Positions 25,901 to 37,123 of a stretch of 64,000 nt of DNA are shown in pieces; the stretch's first letter is position 1, and every line of letters starts with the position of its first letter. Position numbers and translations under genes: made by a program. This stretch comes from Klebsormidium nitens (lineage: Eukaryota; Plantae; Klebsormidiophyceae). The DNA lies in contig DF237131.1 in assembly GCA_000708835.1 (NCBI GenBank), positions 93,882 to 157,881 of the forward strand, read 5' to 3'. The notes under the pieces are model-generated. The model was given only the letters and a program-made list of their open reading frames with translations. It did no database searches and was not told the DNA's origin.

Positions 25901-26630
25901 TTCGGAGCTCGAGCAGAGAGCGGAAAGGGGGCGGATGGAAGAGCTGAGGGAGGAAGCGGAAAATGAGGGAGAAGAAGAGGAGGAAGTTGGAGAAGATAGT
26001 GAAGTCGAAGCAGAGTCTGGGATTGAGGCGCACGCGGAAATCGAAGCCAAGGGTGAGATTGAAGCTGTCCGGCAAGTCTTCGATAGGGTTCAGTACGGGA
26101 TGGGAGCGGCGGGGTTTGCGGGGCAGAGCCACCTGAGTGAGTCTGACATCAGCAGCAATTACAGCGAGAGCAGCTGGCTAGAGTTCGTCGGCGAGGACGG
26201 CGGAATCCAGAGCCCGACGGAAACGGAAGACGGGGTTGGGGAAACGCCGCAAAGAGACCGGACGGAAACCGAAGGGAATCGCGCATTATTAGAGCAACTT
26301 GCCGCTCGGGTGGGTGGAAGACGGACGGAGGAACGATTCGGGGAGAGTGTAACAGAGCAGGTTAGAGCTGACGAAGGTGCTTCCAGTACGTCCGTGGCGT
26401 CGCGCTTGGACAGAAGTCTGAATTGTCGAAATGGTGAAGGTCTGAGGGTCCATGAGGCAGGGATTCCGCCAGTTGAATACAGCCTGGAGGATAGCGACGA
26501 AGGCCCTAAAAGCGGTAGTTCTCGTGCATTCTCTTCTAGGAGGTCGCGGCCGGCCATCCGGGTCGGCAGTGTTTGCAAGGAAGGAGGCGGAGCCAATAGT
26601 GTGGTCCTTGACATGGCTTCTCTCGACTAA
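19998..26630 (+). CDS. Uncharacterised multi-exon protein (paralogue B); exons ~19998-20193, 20338-21258, 21895-23012, 23544-23816, 24187-25080, 25536-26630 (start uncertain)
   Basis: Exons join in frame via GT-AG introns. Lys-rich low-complexity exon, then YFYKG|KSLAEEPCSHDF...NCCGQ...FTYKPCDHSRS...YHPG...WSCC...GC, a helical region and an acidic C-terminus. Confidence 0.75.
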
Positions 26631-28833
26631 CCTAGATTAATCGGCGCAAATAGGAAATTGAAACCGATTAAGGCAAACGATGCCGGATCCGTCTTATTAA
26701 AGATGTGACTTGAGAGCATTTTTGGCGCAATTCAACAGGTGCATGTTTGTTCTCGCCGGCTCTTACTCTGTATTGTGGTCTGTCGTCAGCGCGCGCTAAC
26801 ATGCCTGCGACGGAGCACGCGCAGTTTAGCAGACTTGCATTTTTTATCTAAATTTGAGATATGTTCTGGCAGTCGTCGTGAGCACGCAAAAAAGACGCAA
26901 AACCGATCATATCTCTCTGTTTCAACTGCCTCGAAGCACGTTCGTGTCCGTTGCTTGCTCACTCAGACGGCCCAGACTGGAAGGGGGAGAACTAGACGCA
27001 AAACTGAGTCAGGCTCGATTAACGCTCCAACCAGCCGACTTGACAATTGGTATAACCAGACTCCTTGGCTGACCAGGGCCGGGTGAGTCCGCTTAGCAAA
27101 ACCAAATTGGGCGGACCTAGAAAGCCAATAGTAAGTTTTGTGGACCTGCTTGTCGGAAGTAATCAGACGTCGGCCTGGTTACTTCAACAGACATGTGCGG
27201 GGCAAGTTATCGGCAGTATCCAGCCTGACCCTGGTCACGCGCGGCTTGCAAGGTTGGCTAGGGACGCCGGTTCACTGCCCAATTTTCCTCTACGGATTCC
27301 GGTCTTCTAAGGCAAAGGACCACGCGTTGATCTGAAATGATACAGCGGCCCGCTTCTTTTCCCTATCAGTGAACCCTTTCCTGATGGAAGACCATATATT
27401 CGAGGCTAGTTCTTGTGAGCAGAGCACGCAGACAGACAGATGTTGTTTTACGATGTCGGATCAAGAGTCGACTCCGGCTCTGCAAGTACAATTCCCTAAT
27501 CGTGAATGATGTGCATGCTTGAGTGTCATAACTTAAGGGAGCGACATGAGTGACTCGCTGTTGTACGTTGCAAGCTTTTCCCCCAGTCAGTACGTCGTAC
27601 CCGATTCAAGATCTGGCAGCCTTTCAATTGAACCGCCATATGTAAGCCTTCTGCCGGATATGCACCGAAACGTTATAGTGGCCCCAATACTTAGTCAGAT
27701 CTGATCATGCATGCACTACAGATAGCTCCTGAGTCCGGCCACGCATCATGGGATCACATGCGTGTCCGGGACACATGAGCAGCATCCGCGGTATATGCAG
27801 CCTGCTTTTCGACACCAATATGTCCGTCCCAGGCTGGCCATGCCCGGAAATTCTTACGACCGTTTCGTCCATAATGGCTTGCAGATCCGGAGCACAATGG
27901 CTCGTTGCATCTGGAGTTAGAACAATAACATGATTGGCTATCCCATGACGTGGAAAAGTTCGACAAGGAGGTCACCAGCTTTATATACGGAACGCGGCAT
28001 AATTGTGGTTTCTACAAACTCTGCAGCCAAGGGATAGAGTAAACTTGCACCTCATCGGAAGTTTGTCAGGACGTCTGTTCCCAGCGCATTGTTTACTCTA
28101 AGCTAAGCTACTCCAGCGTCTCTAAACGATCAGGCCTTAAGGTCGAGGCGGTGCCATTATGCGGAGGGACCCTACACGTACACGCTAGACGGGCGGGCCT
28201 GCAGCCCTGCTCCCCAGTGCCTCCTTTTTCCTCCCGGTTAAAATCCATACTGCTAGGCCACCGCCCGACGACCCGCACTCCGCCCCGCTTTAAATGGACG
28301 ACAGCTTTTTTAAGGAGAGCTGCCAGCAGTGCAGCAACTGCAACAAAAGGGACAATAATGAGAGAAACTTGCTGAAATCTACAAGCTCAACCATCTTGCA
28401 AGCCGAACTGTTGTATCTGAGCACTTCGTTCTTCTTTGCCATCGTCGTTCTGAACAGGTAGTGTTACATGCAAGAGCTACTCCGTCTCGTGATACTGCAG
28501 CACGAGCTAGCTTTCGAGCTGGTCGGGTCAACCACGACAAAAAAAAGCCGCTCAGCACCTTTCTTCAGATTTCTGCTTCCCAAGCTTGCTCTAACAAATT
28601 CAGGTGCAAGTGGCTTTAACTTCGTCATCTGACGCAGAAGAGCAACTTTGTTAGTGGGGCTAGCGCCCCCCATATATTGCACTTTCGGAGGGGAGTGATT
28701 TTATTGAGGGTAGGATGCAGAAACGAGGGTATTTGGGAGCGCCTCCTTTGCGGATCCTCCGAATAACACAAGCCCTTTGAAACGCTGCTGAAGGCATTTT
28801 TGCGTAGCCAACTCTTCCCTGGCCACCGACATC

Positions 28834-31800
28834 TCACCTCGTCAATCTGGCCCAGCACCCCTGCCCACCAGGCGGGCTGCCGTCCTTCGCTCCCTTGTCA
28901 CCGGGGTGGTCCAGTGATTTCCTCGGCCGCTGACAGCTGGCGCACACCCAGAGCACCGCAGGCCTCCCGGGTTCCCTCCCCCGGTTGCGCTCGAGGAAGA
29001 GGAACTTTCTCCACTCGCTACCTTTGTCGTGCTCCTCTAAGAACCCGGTGAGCTCCACCGAGTCGAGGCCCTTCTCGCTGAAGTGTTGCATCTGGGCCGT
29101 GAGGTCTCGGACGGTGCTGGGCAAGCCCTCCTCGGTCTGTGGACAAACCAAGTGGATGTTTAGGCTTGACAATGATAGCAGGCTTAGTCCCAGTTCGATC
29201 CCGAGAAAGGGCACTGGTGTTCCGATCATCTCGAAAGGAAGCGGACTGCCAGTGTCGATAAACCGACAAAGGCAAAAGTTTTGATGCTTTTGGAAAGCAA
29301 TTATCCAAGATCTGGAAACGTAGATATATATAATTTCAGTCACATGTACCAGCACACTTCTAACGACAAGACTCTTCAAAGCAACTCGAATCGAAGCGAG
29401 TCCAGAGTTCAGGACCACCAGGTTCAACGGTTCACTTGGCGAAATGATTTGTAGCTTCTCGGCGAAAAGCCAAACAGCCTACAGTTGTCGTACCACGATC
29501 TTACACCACGGAATCATCCCGACCAGAGAAAGCTGTCAGCAAACGTGACGTAAGCCTACCGTGAGGGGCTTCTTGAGCAGCTCTACCACTTTGACGAAGG
29601 GAGCCACGGCCTCTCTGGCTCCCACGACGTTGCCAACGACGTTGGCTATCTTCCCGAGGGCGATCAGGATCGTGAGGGCAGATGCGAGCCGGTTGCCCCA
29701 CTGGGTGTTCCGGTGGATCGTGTACCCCTTATGGCCGACCTGAAAAAAGAATGAAAACTCGAGGATTGCGGGCAAGCTACCGTTGTACGTACAGCTGTTC
29801 AAGATTGCTCGCTAAAAACATGCTTTTCACCGCGCATGTTAACACAGTGTTGAACAATTGAATGAGAATCAAGAGTCACCGGTCCTATGTTGGTTTAGCT
29901 AACGAGATGGCGGAGAATTTGCACTGTTCAAGGAGCATGAATTCTACTCTTCGGTCCAAGTTCTTGTCGTTTCCGTGAGGCAACGCATCCTTCTGATCTG
30001 GACACACGAAATCTCCAAAACGATAATACACGACAATTGGAATCGTAAGTCTTGCAAATCCTGCAATTGACACACTCACGGACGAGCAAGCTTGCAAGGC
30101 CCACCTTTGCAAATTCTCCCCTAAAGGGATGAGTGTGGACGAGTGGAAAAGTCAGTCAGCTCCAATCCCCAAAAGTCAGGTTTTCAAATGCTCACCGGCA
30201 CGCGAAAGCAATTCTCGCAGAGAAGATACATGATCGCCGTATGCTGGAAGAGCTCCCGGCTCAGGAAGTGGTAACCGATCAGCAGGTACTTTTGCGCCGC
30301 CTGAACCAGACCCTCGTTGACCTCCGCTTCCAAAGCTTGGGTTTCCGTAGCGACGGTCTCGAGGACGTGCGACATGTCCTTCAGAGGGTCGGTGCGCGAA
30401 AAACCCGGCGAGATGGCAAAGGCCCGGGGCGTTCTGGCGGTGCTAACCTCCACCACTGTGTCGGCCACATCCTCCACCAGCTTTGCCAGGAACTGCAAAT
30501 AATCCAGGGCGTGAGAAACCCGTTAGTAAGTAGGTAACCGGACTTGCACTGACGGCTGGCGCACTGATGGCATGCTTTTGCAAAGCACTCGCTTTGATCG
30601 AGAAGGGCCGCGAGTTTTGAGTATCTTGCCAATTGAAGCCACTTTACTTACGGAACGGTTGGGCGGGTTAGCAATCAGGTTAAGACTCCACCTTTGGTTT
30701 GTGGACTTGCAGATTTTCGGAATTCCTTTTCTTGTGTAACACAATTCATCAGCTTATTCGCAAGATCACAGGTGTAAACACGCTAGGAGCTATCAAAATC
30801 TAGTCATGTACAGGTATTTGATGCAGGTATCATGTTTCAGACTTCGCTTAAAAAGGACTGGAAACGAAACTCAGCAAAGGATTACGCAAGCAAGCAACCA
30901 GCGTCACATTGTCAAACTAAAACAAGGAACGCATTGATCTGTATGGCTAGCTCGTCGTAGGGTCGCCTTGTGGAGTAGCTAATAAGATCTCTGAAAATCG
31001 AACGTCTGGCCGCTTGCTCTGTGGTCCTTTTCAGGTCGATTGGGGCCACAGCGGGTTGCATCGCCAGCATTGTGCAACAGATTTGGAAACATGGAGCTGC
31101 CCTGAGAAGCCGCCACTCATCCGCTACTGCCTTCCTAGACATAATTCAACTTCCTTCTGCCAGTCAAGCCTTCGCCCAATTATCTCACCTGGGTGGCATT
31201 GTCGAGCAACTTCGGAAAGGCCCGTTGGGCCCGAGCCATATCGTCCACAGACGACGCAATCCCGATCAGGGTCTCCAATGTTTGTGCATTGCTCAACGGC
31301 CCTGGATCCGGGGCAATCTGCTCCCAAGGCACCTCGGTATGGTCGCCGGAAGGGCAGTCGGAGAAGCCGCTCCTCACCACGCCCATGGCACCCGGCTTGA
31401 GAATCTCGCTTAGTATGGAGTAGGGAAGGGGAACAAAGCAGCCGAGATGTTCAGGGCATGCTGCGGAGTAGTGGATCAGTTGGTCGCCTCCAAACAAGTC
31501 CCTGTGCACCTTGATTGCTTTAAGGACAACCCGATCGATCACCGCCCATATTTCAGTGTTCGTGTTCTGGCTATCCCCATCGTTTTGAACGGGCTTACTC
31601 CCGAGGATGTCAAAATGGCTGAAGCCGTTTGGGTCGCCGGGATTGCGCCTCTGGATGTTGATGGACACGCCGTTCAGGTTTGTGAGTACCCCACCCTGCC
31701 ACCAGTGGCCGTCTTTTGGAGGCGCGCGTGTGCAGATTCCAGACTGCACGAGCACAGTCTCAAAAAACCCAACCGGCATGTCACCCAAGCGCCGCAGCCG

Positions 31801-34751
31801 CCAACCTCGAACCTGGTTCTCCCCACCCGGTTTCCACTCGGTCTCAAGGCTTGGGGGAAATTCCGGCCACTTAGCTGGGAGATACTTTTTGACGGAAGCC
31901 CGGTCTTTGCGTAGTCGGAACCCTTGATCGAGTACCCGAGCTTGAATTGGTCAATCAGACCCAGCACGGCCGCTTTGTCCCCTACCTCCCCCAATAGCTC
32001 GGGTATGAGAAACGTCTCGAGAACGCCTCTTTCACACAACTGAATTGCGGCGTCGCTGACTTTGGCGTTGGGATGCGACTTGTACCTGTCCGCAAGCGTA
32101 TGGTCGAACAGAGTGCCAAGGCACTCCCCCACCAGCCACGCCGGATCCAAGAAGACCTTGCCCCGCAACCCGTCCAACTTCTCAAAGTGAAGCACGTACC
32201 CAACTTCGGTCAAGTATCGAAGAGCTCCTGCGCTTGCAGAATCCTCCTGGGACCGAAACCGAGCATTGAACTCCTCCATGCTGATGACTCTCCTTGCTAC
32301 CACCGTTGACGAGCTGTCCGATTGCTCCAACTGTTTTTGCACTCCCAGGATCGCACCCATAAGGGCGACCCATGATTTGGGCAACCCGACCTTGAAGTTA
32401 ACTGGGTCGTTCGTTACAATAGCCGCAATATGGCCTTCCAGAGCGCGTAGGCTCGGGTCGCGACCCTGTTGCGATGTCCCGATCGAACTAACGACAAACA
32501 ATTCTTCGAGAAGGAGCGGGGCTGGCTGCCCCAAGTAGCGGTCCAGGTTGTCTACATCAAATGCCTCGGCAACACGTCTGACTTCGGTGTCTAGAGCTTC
32601 CTGTATTTTGCTCCGAACCAATTCAAGCCTTCTCAACGCTATAAGACGGTCAATCAAGTCGCCCTTGGTTCCAACAAGGATAAATGTGGCACCTGGAGCA
32701 ACCGCTTGAACGAGGTCTACTCGGGCCTGCACGAAATACACACAATCAGCCCATTAGGTTTCGAAGAGTACGGTCTGGACGGTCAAATATGGGCTCGCGG
32801 CCCCGTCAATTGAATCGTTTGTGCTGGTCGCATTGCTGCAAGAGTCTGCAGATAGAGGAGCTGACGTTTCTTATGTGAGTGTCCACAACGCATTGCCAAA
32901 AGAGTTGCCTCTCGCGGTGACTTCAAACCGCACTCCTCGCTCCTTGAACCAAACACAGACAAAACCAAACGAACCGGAAGAGACCAGTTGATGAACCAAT
33001 GACAAATTTTATCTAGTAGTGGACGTCGAAGCTATTATTCACAAGCATAGGTCGGTATAGCAGTTGGTATTGCTGAGTACGTGCCTTGAAACTAGTGCTT
33101 GATAACAGTCATGGTCTGTACTCAAGATGGTTTTCGAGAGGCCTCTCATAACTTGAAACGAATTTGTCAAGAAAATGCAAGGACCCGTTGCCAGATGCTA
33201 AGACTATTTGACCAAATGCGTAAGCACAGGCTGAGAACGAACCAGGGAAAATCTTGAACTCACATTGATCTCGTCTAGGTCGTCCTCCGGATCCTTGCTG
33301 ATGTCGACGACCAAAAGATAAAGGCAGTGCTCTTTGGTAAAGAAGAGCCGTTGCATTGCCCCATACTGTTTCTGTCCAGCCCAATCAAACGCCCTGAAGG
33401 TGACCGTCTCTTTCTCGTCCGCCACCTTCCACTCAATGAACCCCAGGTTGCCACCAACAGTGGTCGCCTCACCCAGAGATACGTCTTGCTTCGAAAGCGC
33501 CTTGAAAAGGCTGGTCTTTCCTGCCCTTGGCAGGCCAATAAACACAAGCTTTGCAAGCGCCTTCTTTTCAAGCCCTGAGGACTCGACATCCTCCAGCCAC
33601 TCGAGCATTGCCTGGACCCCTTGCAGGGCGACCGGCAACGGTGGGGATTGCAGATTCCTATTTCCTTTGCAGAGGAGAGTGCAGAGAGCGGGTGCTCTCA
33701 GCAGGTTGAGCGGCAGGTTGTGGACTTGGTTATTACTCAGATCAACAGCAGTGAGCCCTGACATGCCCCCTAGAGTTGACGCTAATGACTGTACGCCCTC
33801 GTCCCCAATTCGGTTTCCTTGCAGGTTTAGGTTGGCCAAGCCCACCATCTTCCTGAGAAACACGGCCAAGACACTGGCTCCTTTGTCATCAATCACATTG
33901 TTTTCCAGGTTCAAAGTGGTGAGCAACTCCAGCTTCTGCAACTCTGGGCCCCAGAAGACGGCAGCAGTCCCAAACTCCATTCGGAAGTTGCCCCCAACGT
34001 CAAGGTAGGTCAGTCGTGACAGCCGACCAAGTACAGGCGCCAGCACCACAGCACCTCCTGCCTCCAAGAAGTTGTGCCCAAGCGCAAGATGATTGAGGGC
34101 TCCCCCTGCCATCCCGCTCAGGATGCTGGCCAACCACGGAGCCCCCTTCTCTCCCATATTGTTGACCCCCAGATTCAGGGACTCTAATCTAGTCATCTTG
34201 CTGAGAACAGGGGCAAGAGCTTGGATACCACCGGCCTCCATCCTATTGTGGCCCAAGTCTAGGTTTGTCAAGCATGACAAGGCTCCCAGTGCAGAAGCCA
34301 GCACCCTCGCACCGGCAGCCTCAATCCGGTTGTGCCCTAGGTCGAGGGAGGTGAGCTTGACCAGCTTGCATAGCTGTGGGCCCAGCCGCCTTGCACCACC
34401 GCTACTGATTTCGTTGAACCCTAGGTTCAAAGCAGTGAGCGTGACAAGCTCCCCCAGCTTCGAAGCCAGAGCCCCAATCCCCGAATCACTTATGACAGTC
34501 CAGCGAAGGTCCAAGGTCTTGAGCATTGTCGCTCGCTCAAGCTCAGTGGCTAGTATTTTAGCACCCTCTTTGTCAATGCGGTTGCTTGCAAGGTTGAGGG
34601 TAGCCAGGTTGCTGAGGAGCTGATTGAGGCGAGGTCGCTCATCTCCCTCCAATTCCTCCCTTCTACAGACCTTCAACAAGAGGAAGACGGCTTCTGACTC
34701 TTGTCTCTTGCCAGCTGATGCAGGCAGGTTGTTGATTCCCTCTAGTTCCAT
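28834..34751 (-). CDS. ROCO protein (RI-like LRRs, Roc GTPase, COR, TORNADO1-like C-terminus, no kinase); exons 34751-33264, 32726-31189 (contains a frameshift near 31885), 30492-30196, 29739-29560, 29136-28834
   Basis: About a dozen ~28-aa LxxLxLxxNxIxxxGAxxLA repeats; P-loop GLPRAGKTS, G3 DWAGQ, G4 TKGD; COR motifs FLDPAWL and MPVGFFE; C-terminal FLEEHD...LWVCASC. The reading frame shifts between ORF 31674-32741 and the frame of ORF 31180-31788. Confidence 0.85.
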
Positions 34752-37020
34752 GTTCGCTGCAATATTAGAGGTGGAAAGGCATAAGTGTCACGCTTGTTTT
34801 GAGCACCTTCAGCTGCTGCATGACTTCAAAAACTTGATCCAGGTCAGGCAGTTGCAGCTCTCATATTGCAAGTTTTGATTTTGTTGATTGAAGCACTCCT
34901 TCCTGTACCAGGTACCGTTAGAAGATCTGTGAAGACTGCATGGATGCTTTCAGCAACAGCAAAGCTTTGACCAACAAAAAAAGATTCGAAGGAGATCTAT
35001 ATAATATTTGAAGTGCTTTGCTGTATCGACTGTAGTAGACTGAACAGGTGGCCTCCAAACGCAAACAAGCAATCAGAAGTGGCTTGCTCCATGACTCTTG
35101 AGCATTTGCTTGCAATGATGGATGCTGATACAAAGGAAGCTTGGGCAGCCTGCAAAGCGGCGGCCTTGCAAGACGTTGCTTTTCAAAACGTTGCAATCAA
35201 AACTTTCAGCGCTACGTTTCATGAATGTTTGCCAAAGTATGGTTCGCATTTGGAATGTTATCGAAGCACCTAGTAACCTCAACCCCTAGACTAAGATTCT
35301 GGAATCCTGATTCATACATGCTTCAACTACCAAAACATAAGCCTATCTACACATCCATTGCTTTCAATACCATAGTGTGTCAAGTTCCTCGCTTTGAGGT
35401 TGACTGCAATGTCAAACTCCTAGCAGCATGACAATGCACTAAAGCGGATCAATCGCTTACCCCGTAATGTGTTGTCTACTCCAATTAAGCACTGGTTGGT
35501 AATCGGTGGTCAGGAGCCTTAGGTAATACGTGCATAATCAGCTTGTGATCGGAGCCACCATTCAATGCGAATCTTGGTGAGCCTAAACTGCTAGGGGCAC
35601 AAAGCGTCCCAATAGCTCCAATACCCCCTGAAAAGAGTTGGCTCAGTCCTGCCCAAAAAGCAGCTTGAGTTGATCAGATGTCCAGCTCTCCTCACATTTG
35701 TCTTAAGCTGCCTTCAAGAAGCCTTCAGTTGATAATGCAGAGTGATCCTAAGCTCCAGCTCTGGGCGCTGTACAATATTCTGGCAACAAAGTCAATCCTC
35801 AGAATGCGTCTCCTGGTCAGGACCGAAAGAATGCACTTTTAAATCTCAGGCTTGTTGCCTGGCTAGAAGGAAGGCAATGCTGAATGCATTGCGCAAGGAA
35901 TGGACATGAAGTCAATGATGCTGAATGCATTTGAGTTCAGGTTCTTTGGCCAGCATTCCTCCAGGATAGTTCATTTCCAAGCTCACCTTCCTTTCTGATA
36001 TACGCAAAGTGTATATCTGCAAGGCGTCACTCTATTCTCCAGAGTCAAAAATTGGTAGATCACTCATACACAATCTGCATTTATCGCTCTGTTGCTGACC
36101 AATGTAACACAGTCTGTGGTCATAGCAGTTTTCTTGGAATAATGCTACAATCTTGCATGCGCAGAATCCAGAATAAAGAGAAGCAAGAAGCAAGAAAACC
36201 TCCCCGTTATGCCTCTATCCTTTCTATAAGCACATAATGCAAAATGCAAAAGAACTACGCTGCTGATTGGGCTGGGATGGACGCAGGATGCTCTGGCCCC
36301 CAACGACCCAGCTCAGACCCTCTCTGGGATGAATAAAAAGTAGCTTCAGGCCCCCACGGGTGCAAGATGAATACTCATTGAAAAGTTTGGGTCTTCTCAG
36401 ACTTACCATTGTGACACTTGTAAAATGTTTGGGGGCTCATGCCAGTGGGACCGCGTTGCAATATGTTCCTCACTAAAGGGACGCCTTGCAGAAAGCTCTC
36501 AGCAGGATTTGCACCTTTTTGAGAGATTGATATCCTTCGTGCTAGCTCAGTAGCTGGATGAGCATCAGGTTCATAAACTGAAACCTTGTCGAGCTGGGGC
36601 AGAACTACGGTATTAGCTGTATTACCGTATACCAATACTGTGTAGTCAGATCAGCTACCTACATTACCGGTAGTACCTACATACCGTACGGTAGTACACG
36701 GCCTACAGGTACTTACTACTAATACCTACTACCGTTACCAGGGTATACCGGTACCGTACCCTCAGGGGCCTGTCACCTGGGTGTACCTAGACAGTATACC
36801 GTAGGTAGTACCGTAGGCACCTGAGGGCTGGTGACTCCTGAGGCCCGGCGCGCATCATGTCGGAGTCCCCCCCGGGGCGGCCCGCCGTGGCGCGGACTTC
36901 GTCGAAGGTCGATTAATTGGACGCACGCAACTTCGCAACCTCGGCGGCAGGCTGAGACGGTACATTTGTAAACTCGTCGATCTCGATTTCACGTTCATGG
37001 TTGGAAGGCGCCCACCTGGG

Positions 37021-37103
37021 GACGGGTGGGGTTGGCCTGGGAGTTGGGGTGGGTACGGGTGCGGAGCGCGTCAACTTTAGAATAAGGTTTTTAGTTTTGG
37101 TTT
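37021..37103 (+). repeat. Gap-flanking repeat family, copy 1
   Basis: Shares the exact 22-mer gggtgggtacgggtgcggagcg (37047-37068), and ~80 bp of weaker similarity, with the reverse complement of 50262-50343. Confidence 0.8.
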
Positions 37104-37123
37104 NNNNNNNNNNNNNNNNNNNN
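37104..37123. other. Assembly gap (20 N)
   Basis: Run of N in the sequence. Confidence 1.

Noticed and set aside
32742-32775. Apparent in-frame TAA upstream of the Roc C-terminal exon
   Set aside because: A good acceptor (atttcgtgcag|GCC, exon start 32726) lies downstream and gives DEIN|ARVDLVQAVAP, so the stop is intronic.
36405-36635. Minus-strand ORF ending at a GTAAGT donor, a possible upstream ROCO exon
   Set aside because: No recognisable motif, cannot be linked in frame with confidence, and begins in the noisy gap-flank sequence.
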